A stretch of 64,000 nt of DNA from Takakia lepidozioides (lineage: Eukaryota; Plantae; Bryophyta): assembly GCA_030704615.1 (NCBI GenBank), contig CM060732.1:64666001-64730000 (forward strand), read 5' to 3'. Numbering within the stretch: the stretch's first letter is position 1; each line of letters begins with the position of its first letter. The notes below the pieces were generated by a model. That model was not told the origin of the DNA. It did not search any database and saw only the letters and a list, made by a program, of their open reading frames with translations. A program made the translations under genes and the position numbers. Below are positions 11,401-23,700 of this stretch, in pieces.

Positions 11401-12945
11401 TTGAGGTCTCCACGAAACAATACACATCCACGCTCACAGGCATGGATCTGTTTGTATCCTAGACCCATCATGGCGATCATATTTTTGGCCTCATACTGCG
11501 ATTTGGGCAAGGTGTTTTGTTTGGGCAAAATCTCCAGCCTCAACAATGAAAATAACTCATCCACAAATGCGTTGGTACATCTGTGAGTGGCGCAAGAATT
11601 GAGCAGCATCAATGTGGCAGTCAATCGGTTGTGAACGCTCCCATCGTATAAGGGGATTTGGGACTCTCGCATGAGTTTTCCATGGTGAAGATCATTTGGC
11701 GCGCCTGCTTCTTCTCCGCCCATATTTTCCCCATCAGGCATTTCAGAGGGATTTGCGCCATTCTCAACAGCCTCATCATTGTCCAAGTGAAGGGCATTTG
11801 GGGCAGGTGTGGGATTCTCCCGGAGGGTATCTGATATTTCAAATGCATCTTGCACAGCACGGGCAATCTGGCCCCGTAGCCCATTGCCGTCTTGTCCATC
11901 CAAATTGACGTCGTTTGCAACACTCTCTAGGCTACATTCAGCCTCCACTTCAGAGTCGGATGTAATGTAGCCCTGTGAACGCAAATGAAATCATAAATTG
12001 GGATACGATGAACAGGCTTTTTTCAAAACTCCCAGATTATGAAATTTCATTTAAACACATGTAAGCAAACACTTTGTAGAATTGCACTAGTTCAATACAG
12101 GTGAATGCTACAAGTCTCCCCCGCACTTGCGAATCAGGAGACGAAATTGGTCGGCCACAGACTTCATTTCGAAGCAGCTTGTGGAGCTCACACAAACACA
12201 AATGAAAACTACTCTCATATAATACGGCAAAGTAGGAACACAGTTTTCATCGAAAAACAAAACAAACATACCCTCTGTGATAGAGGGAGACATCCCCACA
12301 TACAGACAGCTATCTGCACAGACCAACAAAGTGAAAGCTCTCAACAAATATGCCCAAGTGGGCAGTGCGTTGAAGGCATGACACATGGCAACAAACTGCC
12401 AAAAGCCCAAAATGCATATTGCCTTCACATGGCAGTCAACAACGACCATGTAGTCATGACCCTGACTACATGACTCAGTACAACCAAGGAAAAACACCAC
12501 GTAGTTGAAATGTCCATGATCCACGGTCATGAAGTCATGGACATGACTACTCTGACGCACTACATGACTCCATCACTACGACTCCATGACTCCAATACAT
12601 CCAACGGAAGAACGACACGTAGTTCGGACTCCAGTCACTCCCACGACTGTCCAAAATGCGGACATGCGCGGGCGTGCTGCGAGCATGTCAGAGTGCGTGC
12701 GTCGTGCAAGGCGTACCGGGACTGTACACTGTCAAAGGTTTGGGTCCCTCCCATACTTTGTTAGGTGTTTTTTGGCCATCGGTAGAAACTGCGAGATCCC
12801 TCCATGGCATATTTTGCAGTTGCAATATTTTGCGGTGCCCTTGTGCAATGGCATGCGCCTCCTCTAGTCGCCACAGTTTCTCATCTTTCCTGCGCACACG
12901 GAGTCGTTGAGCTGTTAGCCGAAACCCCGCTCTCGTTGTATACAT
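8462..12945 (-). pseudogene. CACTA TnpD-type transposase (Transpos_assoc, Transposase_21, DUF4218 and DUF4216-like regions), frameshifted
   Basis: LRLGLALDGVNPY, STWPIMVLNYNLPPW, WSIHDFPAYG, DTMHCEKNV, LKSHDYH, RWMYPVER, PFVLPSQVEQVFF. GT-AG intron at 10341-10485. First exon at ~12760-12945. Confidence 0.92.
12430..12660. repeat. Cluster of CATGAC/GACTCC motifs in the first TnpD intron
   Basis: Repeated catgact, gtcatg and gactcca; same motif class as at 2390-2720 and 20150-20700. Confidence 0.65.
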
Positions 12946-12997
12946 TGTACTTACACAGGGGGTGTGCAAGGGTCTTTGCAGCTGATGTCAGACTGCC

Positions 12998-15900
12998 ATG
13001 GTCAGGCCCTCCCCGTGCGGTCCTCTGACTGCGTATGAGAAGCTAAGGAGACCTGCATTGCTCGCAACAAAGAGGTTGAGGCGGAGTTGTTTGGTTCGCA
13101 CCCATTGTGAGTATACTGAGAGGCGGCTCACCCTAGTGTTGTGGCCTAAATCTCGCAGGAGAGCATTCCACCTCAACCGGAGTGCAACTGACCCGAATAC
13201 TTTAGTTTGGGGTTGTCAGACATCGCATTGCAGGGGCTTGTCATTAGGGTTTTTTTTTTAAAAAATGTGAGAGGTCTACGGTTTAGCCTGAAATTGCCCG
13301 CATCCTTGTCTTTTGGGTTTACGAGTTTTTCTACATTCCCAGTGTTGGGATTGCATTGCTAAGTACACAGAATGATGGTTGTGAGGCGACGCCTGTCTCC
13401 ACACTATCATGGCGCACCGAAGAGAGCGGATTGGTTAATTTCTTCATGGGCGAGGCTCTTGCTCCGAAACCAAAGCGTGCTTGCCGTCGACCTCCACTAC
13501 CACACACCCAGACGCAGTGGAAGGCTAGAAACAATGGCCGACGAGGCACGACAGTATGTAGACGAACGAGGAGGAGGATTTGTTGTGTGTCCCTGCGGGC
13601 GGGCCTTCGCCACCCAGCTCCTGCACCCTCGCTTCCCCAGAAACGCCCGTCGCCGGCAAAATCACCATCTGTAAGCACCTCCTCACTATGACGCCACATC
13701 TTCAGCATTTCTATGCATTCACATGCTCAGCATACCATGAAGGAAGCATGCAAATGTACAGAACGTGTCTGAGACTTTCTTAGCATTCCAGGATGTAAAT
13801 GCACTTCCCACACAGAAGAGGTTGAAAGGTGGAAGCCACAGAAAATCTGGCAGTGGACGTGGCACAACTTTGAATGCAATCACATTTGGAAAGTTCTCAC
13901 TTTGGGAATTTCACATTGGGAGATGGCATTGCTAGAAAAATTGGGATGTAGGAAGGAAGGGATGCCGAGCATATAGGCAGTGAAACCCCAAATGGGATAG
14001 GAAATCAACCCCTTTGCTATATCTTCATCGTGTACATAGTTTGGGTTAAAGTCAAAGGCTCTTACTAAGAGGTTGATACATAGTGATGTTTCTGTTTACA
14101 ACTAAAATGCAATGTCCATTCAAATGAGTCCATCTACCCACTGATGCAAGTACTTGTATGCACGCTTTGATACAAGCATGCCAATGGTTTTTGAGGTCTC
14201 CCCACTAGGTAGGCTTTGGAATTGGCCATGTAGATTTGGCTCAGCCCCCACTTTTCTGAATGGGTAAACAGAAGTGTGGGGCACCTGATGAGTCTGAGGG
14301 GATGAGGACCTGCTCATAGGAGGATGAGTACAATCAAAGCTTTAAAATGGCAGGTGCACGGCGTTAATTTGTTCTAAGTTGCCATGATTTCATTTGAATG
14401 CTTTGATTGACTTTAATGTTTGAATTGGTTTTTATTCTGTGCAGGCCAGGAAGAGGCGAGCTTCCATCGAAGGCGCTGCAGCTGTGGTGGGCAGTCCATC
14501 GGGCGGGGGTTGTTCAAACAAGTCAACCCTGCTACAAACAAGTCCCAAGCGCAGAACGACCACCTCCACGACCTATTCCACAGTACCCTCCGTACACACA
14601 TTACCCACATGCCTACCCCACCCCCGATCAGTATGGCGCTGCGGGCCCTTACAACCCGCACATCCAATACAAGCCCCCTCCAGGTGGTTACCCACAGCAG
14701 CCATATGCCCATTCTCCTCCACCTATTCCCCCTTACCTCCTAGACCCACATGCTTACCCGGCATCTACACGTCCACCATACGAACCTTTTGGGCCATACG
14801 GTGGGCGATACTGTCCCGCCCCCCATTCCCCATGGCAACCCCCAGCTGCCCCACCACCTGAGGTGGCAAAGGAAGAGACCCCTATGACCAAGAAGGAGCG
14901 AGCTAATGCTTTGAGGCGGGCGAACAGGCGTGCCAGGGCAGAGGCAATCCGAAACCATGATGCGCGAGACGAAGATGGACTCCCCCTCCAGTGCTTCCGG
15001 TTGACAAAGCTGGAGAGCCCATTGGACCAGCACGCAATACCTGGCATGCAGCCCTCAAAGGCCAGATGTGGCGTTTGTGTGACATGTCAATGCATATTGC
15101 AGCGCATGATGAATCTGTCATTGAAGAAATATATAGGATTCTAAACTCTACATTTGCGTACACGCCACGTGGTCTTGACTATGAGCACATGAGGAAGACA
15201 CTTGGCATTGCCTTGAAAACCCAAAGACACGAGATCCATGCAATGTACAAGGCAGGCGAGGGGAGGCCTGCGCATCTGAAGGAAGCTCATTGGGACAGGC
15301 TGGTATCGTATTGGCAGACAGCAGGATTCAACGCAAAAAGTGCCCTCATGAAGGTTGCAAATTCATCAATCAAGAAGCCTTCAAAACAGGACGTGGTGGG
15401 AAGGCATCTGTTGAGGCTCGGCTTGTAAGTTCACACACCAGCCTTTTTGCCCTCTTTGCCTTGGCTGATTGTTGTTTATAATGTGAAACAGCTAAGTCCT
15501 GGCAGAAGAGAGAGTAGAAAAGATTCTCAAGGACCTGGACCTGATCCGCAAGTATTGACCCAGCTGGATAAATCTGACTTAGAGGCTGTAGTGTCTGAAG
15601 GCATGTCTGTTGCCATCAGATTGTCTGATGAAAATGAAGTTAGGCAGAGAACTTCCCTGAAGTTGTTTCCAGTCAGTGACATGGGGGTGGACATCTTGGA
15701 TGACCTCAAGGGTCTACCCACAAGTTGGAAGTAGACTGAAATTTAAACTCAGGGCAGGAAGCCTACCTTTGAACAAAACAGAAGCAGAGAGGAAAGGGAG
15801 AGTGCAATTGTCCGTAGTGTGGGCAATCTGAAGACAATATTCATTTTCTGATACACTGTCCGGGGTTCTCTCACCAAAGAGACGTTGTCTTCAATTCAAT

Positions 15901-18900
15901 CAAGGGAATTGTGCCTGTACCCCTGTTTACCAACTTTGAAACTCTCGAGGCTGAGCCAAAAGCCGCGGCCCTCCTGAGGCCTAGTTTTGGGGCAAATCAC
16001 ACCCAGCAGATTGATGCTTGTGTGAAGGGTTTTCTAGAGGATATCTGGAAAACCCGGATTAAATCTTTATATGAAGGTAAGTCTTACTACCAACGTCAAC
16101 CCCTGACTGAGGTAGGTTCTGTTCCTTTTGTTCCCGCTCAAACTGGGCGTGGGGTCAATGGCCAGAAGGCTACGGCAAACAACGTCTTATGAGTACAATG
16201 TATAATGGGGTGTCCATTTCCCCCATTTTACACCATGTTAGGAGGAAGTACGAAGTGCCACCAGGCTTTGTCATTGAATTCTCCAAATTATGTCCCCGGC
16301 AATCAGGTTTTTCTTGAAGGGGTGTTTGCCTGTGGAGTGAACTAAAGTGTTCATTCACCTTGTCGCAAGGTGCTTGTAGGCTTTTCTTTAAGGGGGGACC
16401 TGCCTTGGAGTACAGATCTGCTATATGGGTTGATAGCTCCAACCAGGCTAAGTCTCTAGAATCCATTCAAGTGGGGGTGCTTAAGGAGTGTATGTCAGCA
16501 TGCTCCAAAACAGCCAATGTGGTTGTTCGGGGTGAGTTTGGCATTCCATCCTTAAGCTCCCGACGAGATGAATTCAAGGTCAGATGGTGGGGTCAGCTGC
16601 AACATATGCCCAACACCAGATATCCTAAGTTGATCGACTCTATATCTTGGAAACAGGACCGCCCTGTCAAAGGCTAAGTCCTGGCAGAAGAGAGTAGAAA
16701 AGATTCTCAAGGACCTGGACCTGGATCCGCAAGTCTTGACCCTGCTGGATAAATCTGCCTTAGAGGCTGTAGTGTCTGAAGCCATGTTTGTTGCCATGAG
16801 ATTGTCTGATGAAATGAAGTTAGGCAGAGAACTTCCCTGAACTTCTTTCTAGTCAGTGACATGGGGGTGGACATCTTGGATGACCTCAAGGGTCTACCCA
16901 CTCTCGGCACTAGACTGAAATTTAAACTCAGGGCAGGAAGCAAGCCTACCTTTGAACAGCAAACAGAAGCAGAGAGGAAAGGGAGAGTGCAATTGTCCGT
17001 TGTGTGGGCAATCTGAAGACAGTATTCATTTTCTGATACACTGTCCGGGGTTCTCTCACCAAAGAGACGCTGTCTTCAATTCAATCAAGGGAATTGTGCC
17101 TGTACCCCTGTTCACCAACTTTGAAAGTTGAGAGGCTGAGCCAAAAGCCCAGGCCTTCCTGAGGCCTAGTTTTTGGGCAAATCACACACAACAGATTGAT
17201 GCTTGTGTGAAGGGTTTTCTAGAGGATATCTGGAAAACCCGGATTATTGGATTACTAGAAAACCCGGATTACCCGAACCTGGCAAAGTTGTGAAGTGGGT
17301 GGGGTCCTCATTTTACATACCAATCTGTAAGTGTGGATAGAGGAGGGTCTGATCAGAGTTGTCGTGCAATGATGATGTCAGGGCAGTATTTGAAACTGCA
17401 ATAGTGAGAGTGAGTGTGAGTGTTAACATGACTTTTTGTGGTCATTAACATAGGGTAGTGTTGTGCTGGTGATTACTCTTCTGCATTAGCTGCATTTGTC
17501 ACTCAGCTCTCTGTATTACTGCAGACATAGTGACTAGGTTAGTGGGCGCGGGGATACCAATATTGGTTGCATCCCAACAGTATGTCTGACAAACCTCTGT
17601 TCAATCACTGTTGTCACAGAATGGTATGTCGCTCGTCGTCAGGTTGACCATGCTAGCATACTGAGCTGGTACATGACAAATGCAGGCAAAGGAGCGAGGC
17701 CGAAGTCCATCGTTGCATGAAATCCAGGAAGGTTCAGTAAGCAGAACATTGACCAGCGAGCGGATGGTGAGATCCACGTGATCATTCTTTCTCCCATTTT
17801 TTGTCGATTATTTTGTTCTAGGCATTTTCCCTACCAACGGCATGATGTTCTCATGTTGTTCATGGACTTGCGTGGACCTGGCAGGAGGGGACCTCTGGGT
17901 ATTCAGCAATTGCTCGCAAAGTGGAGGATATGGAAAGAGCACAGGGTGCACAACACAAAGATATGATGGATTTGAAGGCTACAATATCGCATGTGATGAT
18001 GTACCAGAAGGCCATGGCTGAGAAATTTGGGATCAGCATTTCCTCACCTGCCTTAGTGGGCTCATCCATAGCAAACAGCTCGTGCATCGCTGGCCCTTCA
18101 GCCTCAAGACGTCTGGAGGACAGGTTTGACTTGCCTGGCATGTCACCAGGTAACGTCACTCCCGTTGATGCATTCGAGGATGATGTGCAGGTGGAGCATG
18201 TTGGCCCAGGTGGAGGGGACGACACCCCTACCAAGGAACTTACGCGTCCTCGTGCAGTTCTGTCACACTGTGCGGTAGTGGAGGCGCATGCAGAACTCCG
18301 GCCTGCTGCTGTCGCGGTGGGGGCATCTGAGACAACCCTGGACATTGACCTTGTTTCCCCGCGGGCAGATATTACCCAGCAACCCACGGTTGTCACTTCC
18401 ACTCCCAACCTTCAATTAATGTCGGAGAATGTCGTGCACACAATAGTGGAGAAGGGCAAGCATTTGCTCATCCTAGATATTAATGGATTGTTGTGTGAGT
18501 GCGTCCATGTCGGGAGCGGTAATGCGTTTGTGGTTCCAAATGGCCTTGAGCACAAATTATGTGGTAGCAAGATGGTCGTTGTAAGGCCTGGTTGCAAAGC
18601 TTTTTTGGACAAGTGTTTCGAACACTTTGAAGTGGCAGCATGGTCTTGTATGCAACCACGTAACTTCCTACCCACAGTGGACTGGCTTTTCCATGGGCAC
18701 CGTGACCTTGCATTCAAGTGGGATGGGGGATATTGTGAGCAGTCCACTGACATGGATGGGAGCCTGCCCATGAAACCACGGTTTCTGAAGAACCTATCTA
18801 CAGTGTGGCGGGACAACTGTGTCTGGAATCCTGAAACCACTCTTCTTGTTGACGACACACCGCACAAGGGGTCAAAAAATCCAGCATACAGCGCCATTTT

Positions 18901-19796
18901 CCCACTGCCTTGGAGAAGTCGTTCTGTAGAGGCGCACAATGATAATTTCCTTCTGACCAGCTTATGGCCCTTCTTGGAGGGGGCAGCTAAGGCTCCGAGC
19001 ATTCCAGAATATCTCAAAGGGCAACAAGCCAGAGGCCTCGCCCCCTACAGAACACAGAGACATTAGAGGCATTTTTGTGTGACTCCCTTGTGCCATTGCC
19101 AGCCTCATTTGTGCTTAAGTTGTGGCAGTAAAACATGTTGTGATAGAGTTTGTCAAATTACTGTCGCAGTGTCAACTGTAGGCATTGACAGTTTGGGTGC
19201 ATCTTATTGTGTTAGTGTAATTTGAGTTCCCAGTGTAGATAATATACATTTTGGTGCTTGTTGGTTGGTTGTAGGTGCTTGGCCACGAACGAGGCCCCCC
19301 AAATCAAAGGGCAGCACTTCACCCTTTCAGGAAGCCGACACCATGATCCCTGATTCGCAGAATGGGGTAAGTGTATGCATCTGCTATTCTCCCCTTCCCG
19401 ACCTGGATAGACAAATTGTTATTAGCTCCTTGTAGACCTTGTAGACACAATACGTTCCACGATCCATGTTCCACAATTCTCATGCAATCTGCCATGTTTG
19501 GGCTGGGATGGCAGTTCGTGGTGGGAGACCATGTCAAGCTCATAGACACTGTTTCGCGATCAACAGCCGGATCTGGCCGCATTGCTGGTCTCCAAGGGAT
19601 GGAGGTGAGTGAAGGGTACCCTGTTGTGCCAGAAGGCTATGTGGCCATCCACATTGATGATGTCCGCATTCCCAATGCCCCTCTACCATATCACAACAAA
19701 TCCATGAAGCCTCATCACACTGAGTTGGGAGACACTGTAGGTTACATTACTGTGTGGAGTGACAAACTAGTGAAGACCTTGCAGACAAAGAGATGA
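12998..19796 (+). pseudogene. Inner-CACTA TnpA-like multi-exon gene with embedded FCP1/NIF phosphatase domain
   Basis: N-terminal AYEKLR..IARNKE. Pro/Tyr-rich and Transposase_24-like region (HWDRLVSYW..KSALMK..GRGG) at ~14445-15424. ORF 17921..19066 has LILDINGLL, RPGCKAFL, WSC, KNL, LLVDDTP. Last exon 19515-19796 (PNAPLPY..LGDTVGYITVWSDK). Confidence 0.82.
15491..17245 (+). mobile_element. Tandem non-LTR (LINE) 3'-region fragments inside a TnpA-like intron
   Basis: A ~570-bp unit starting GCTAAGTCCTGGCAGAAG occurs at 15491 and ~16672. ORF 16360..16677 (LEYRSAIW..TANVVVRGEFG..RYPK) resembles the post-RT region. LKFKLRAG and a CxxC..HFLIHC zinc finger are present. Confidence 0.75.
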
Positions 19797-20706
19797 GGCA
19801 GGTCGGCTAGCATCGTGGATTTCTTGGGGATTTCCACCTGTGCCTCATCCGGATTTGGCAACTACGGTAACTTATAGTAGTGACAGTTTCTCTGAATTGA
19901 CTGTCCAATTTGATAGCAATTCATGTTGGATTTTCTCATGCATGTTGTTGCAAACTTATGCCTCATTAATGAGCAATGTGGTGGTAGGTGGTATGTCCCC
20001 ATTGCACACACTATGGTTGGTTATGTTGTGCTGTTCATATGTGGTTGATAATGGTATGATGGTGCTGCTATTGTGGTCTTTCAGAATTACGTCTGTGCCA
20101 CTTTTGTGCCACTTCTGTGCCTAAAGTCTTGCTATATACATGATTGTGATGTTGTATGGCACATGCACGTGGCACCCTATTGGCTGCCTCTGTGGCATAT
20201 CCACGTGTCCGTCTAGAGTCATAACCATGAGTACCGAACCCAATATGATACGTGTATGAGCATATTACATTCCGACACGTGACCCCCTAAGGTCCCCGCG
20301 CAGTTGGTCCTATGACTCCATATGCAGAACGTCCAGTCAAATGTATGTCTACGAAGCAGCACGTGAGGTTTAGAGGATCGTGCACGTGGCACCACCTGGG
20401 ACTACAACGTCCTCATGGAATCCCCTGTTCATGGAATATACCGTACTGCGCCAGTCGTAGGTATGACTAGCAAGAATCCACCACAGCTCTCGAAAGTCCA
20501 GCACGTGGGCACACACGAACGTGGCATATGGTGACTACCCCCACAGCTGCTCTGGCGCCACGTGACAGCCAGCCTAGAGAGTCATATCTGCCATGTCACA
20601 ACTGACTAGGTCTTTACGTCTTCAGAGTCAGGAAGTCGTAAATGGCTTCCATGACTGCATTTGCAGTCATAACACAGAGACGTAAAAGCCGTTTTTTGTT
20701 GTAGTG

Positions 20707-23700
20707 GTGTGGCGCAAAGGTGGTGCATGGTGGACCTGTAGGTTCCGAATCTGGCACATTCATGCCAAGTTTAGTTGCGAGCGCAATGTTGAATGCAGCT
20801 GCTGCCTCCAGTTGGCCTTGGACTGCTTCCAAAGCTGCCTTGGAGCTGGCTTCCATCTGCACTTGTTTGTTTTCCATAGCATCGAGGCGAGCTGCTATCC
20901 AGATGCTGCCACGTGTTGACCCCAAATTTCCCCCCATGAAGACATACATGTGACTGCGAAGCCCCGTCCCCCACAGTGACACGTGGCAATGATATGTCGC
21001 ACCACGCGTTTCTTCTATGACGCGACACGTGCTGTCGTTTAATTCCCTCGTCCGCTGTCATAGCTGGCAGTGAGGGCTGGCGTCGCAGTCTGATACGTGG
21101 CATGTTCTGTAGCCACCACGTGTCTGTCTGACACCGCGGCTGACATGGACTACACTGTCCGTTCAGTCATTCAGTAATGCCAGCGAAGTGAACCAATTCC
21201 CTGCCCCATCACATAGAACACCTCCAAAGTAACAATTCACTACACTGACTGATGAACTAGTAAGAAAACATAACCAAACGGCAACTAGCAATGGCATGGA
21301 AATCACGAATATGTAATTCACACCAGAATTGGTACTGAGTTTATATACCGTTGTGGCTGCAGGTGCTTGTACACCCCGAGCCGTAGCCTTTGTCACTCCT
21401 GGCGCTACCGGCGATCTCCTGCAAACTTGGTGTACGTCCAGTCTCCTTCTCTTGTGATTGCAACAAACTTGCAAGTGTTAATGACTAGCATAGCACACTG
21501 CCAACAGTAAAGAATTATCTAGGATAGCGTCACTCCCCCTCAATAAGAGTGCTTAGTTTCTTGCTGGCGCCCAACTCTGAGAAGGCCCCCAAGTAGTAGC
21601 AATGTGTACTAATTCAATGGTGATAGGAATAGACTCTGAGCTCCAGCCAAAAAAACCCGACACATAAGTTTGTCAATGCAAAACAATGTGGGAACTTCCT
21701 ATGTTGTAAGAGAAGTATACCAGTCATGCTACAACACCGCTGATTCCACTGCGACCTGATCGAGATGTATTCTTCACACATCCCCGCGCCTTGACACCAT
21801 TTGCCTGAAATTTCTTGAAATCAGTGGAACCCCAACTAACAACTCGTTGTGCCCATGTCTTGTCTGGCACATGATGGGGTTTGGTGGCAGCCCCACACTA
21901 TAGTAATTTTTGAACAGCTTATTTCGTTGGTACTTGAGCTGCCCGCAAATTGTTTTTGTAATAGCCTTTATGTTAAGACCAGGAGGTCCGTATTCCCAAT
22001 CTGAAGCCAGGATCTCCATGATCTTTTCAATTAAGTGTAATGGTTGATCCTGAGCATACAATGACCAGTCCAACAAACGTTGACACTACCCTCGCAGAGC
22101 TGTCATCCACTGGTTCCGAGCAGGACCTTCAGGGTTTCCAAGTTCATCACAAGAAATGAAAATTCCTCCTCCCTACAGCCACATTCTGAGCAGCCTGGTC
22201 TCTCAGATCTTTTTGCAAGTGCCCTTCTTTCCCTCCTTAAAGCATTTTTGCGTTCTATAGGAGTCACACTTGATGTCCCCCCAGGACTAAGGCTGGAATC
22301 CTGCAAGGTTTCAGCAGTACCATGCATGTTACCACCTTCACTCTGTTGGGGCTGGATTGCTGTCTCCCACCCCACAGGATGATGCGGAGCAAATGCATCC
22401 TCGGTCTGTTTCAGAATGCCTTTCCCTTTCAGGGTATTAGGTGTACCTGGAGATGTTGGATAAAGAGGTGGCCGCGGTGCAGTGAAGCTCGAAGGTGCCG
22501 GCAGTTGTACTCCACTGTAGTTGGATCCTGAAGGTTGGTGCCCACCATATTGGACCTGCCCCTAGTGTGGTCTTGCAGGGCTGGTAGGATAGAGGGAGAA
22601 AGTAGGCTGGTTGTACATAGGCCGAGGAGGATACATACTACGGGGATGCATTCCATAATGGTGGTAAATGGAATACCCACCTTGACTAGGATCATGCATT
22701 GGAGCGCCTGCCAGGTGGAGCAAAAGAATTGTAATTCTGGCACTGAGAATCATGTTTGGAGGTTGATAGTGAGGATACGGCATGTGCCCATGCAGATTAT
22801 ACCCTGACATGGCAGGATACTGTGGGTACATAAGCGGATACGAGGGAGGAGCTGATACTGGTGGATACAAGGGAGCTGGAAGGTCAGTCTGTGGAGTGGG
22901 TGGGGCTGGTTTTTTGTAAGGGGGAACAACCGCGCCACTCATCACAGCAGTTGGCGCAATAGTTGGTGCACACTTTGCTGGAGTAAGAGACTTATGCTCG
23001 TTTGCATCCTTCCCTGCAATTCCCTTCCTTTTTTTGACTGAACTTTGCACACATTGCTCAACAGAAACATGTGAAACAATACGACCATACTACTAGGGAT
23101 GGCAAACCACGTGGGTAAGCCAAGCCCAAAGGCCTATGCAAGAAGACCTGTCAGTCAGACCTATGGTACAGTCAGCTGAATCGCATGCCTCATACCAGCG
23201 ACCCTATGATAAATACCTGAATATAGGAAGGAAAGAACTCACCCTGCTAGATGAATCTGACGTGGAGGCTAAAGTGTCTAAGGCCATGTCAAAAGCATGA
23301 AGAATGTCCGAACAAAACAATGTTAGGCATAAACTTCCCTGAACTCGTTTCCAATTTGTGACATGGGTGAGGACTTTGAGGATGATCTGAAGGGCAGACC
23401 TACCCTTGGCACTAGACTGAAAATTTAACCTCCGAATGGGGAGTCTACCTTTGAACAATAAACAGATGCAGAGAGGAAAGGGAGATTGTCGTATGCTCAC
23501 TGGTGTGGGTGGCCTGAAGACAATGTCCATTTTGTGATACAAGTCTGGGGTATTCTCATCAGAGAGCGACCCTCTTCAGGACCATCCATAGACCAATTCC
23601 ACTCAATGATATCTCAAGGCGTCTGGGGCCCTGGGGGGCAGGCCCACACAACAAAACTGATGAACGTGTGAAGCTCTAAAAGGAATCTGGAAAGCCTGAA

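Larger units (their letters stand above)
8462..20706. mobile_element. Inner CACTA/EnSpm element, main body (other end displaced to 2205-2735; ~12.8 kb reconstructed)
   Basis: TnpD (-) and TnpA-like (+) genes, terminus ...TGTTGTAGTG at 20706, 3-bp TSD, subterminal repeats at ~20150-20700. Confidence 0.88.

Noticed and set aside
18412-19017. Long antisense ORFs (e.g. 18412..19017, 17860..18408) and intron-spanning ORFs (47654..48337, 51485..52183)
   Set aside because: They have no recognisable motifs of their own and are explained as shadows of real coding regions or read-through of introns.
17921-19066. Intact NIF ORFs amid frameshifted transposases as proof of current selection
   Set aside because: One of the two genes is already disrupted by an insertion, and indels may be decay or consensus errors. 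Openness alone is not decisive without dN/dS.
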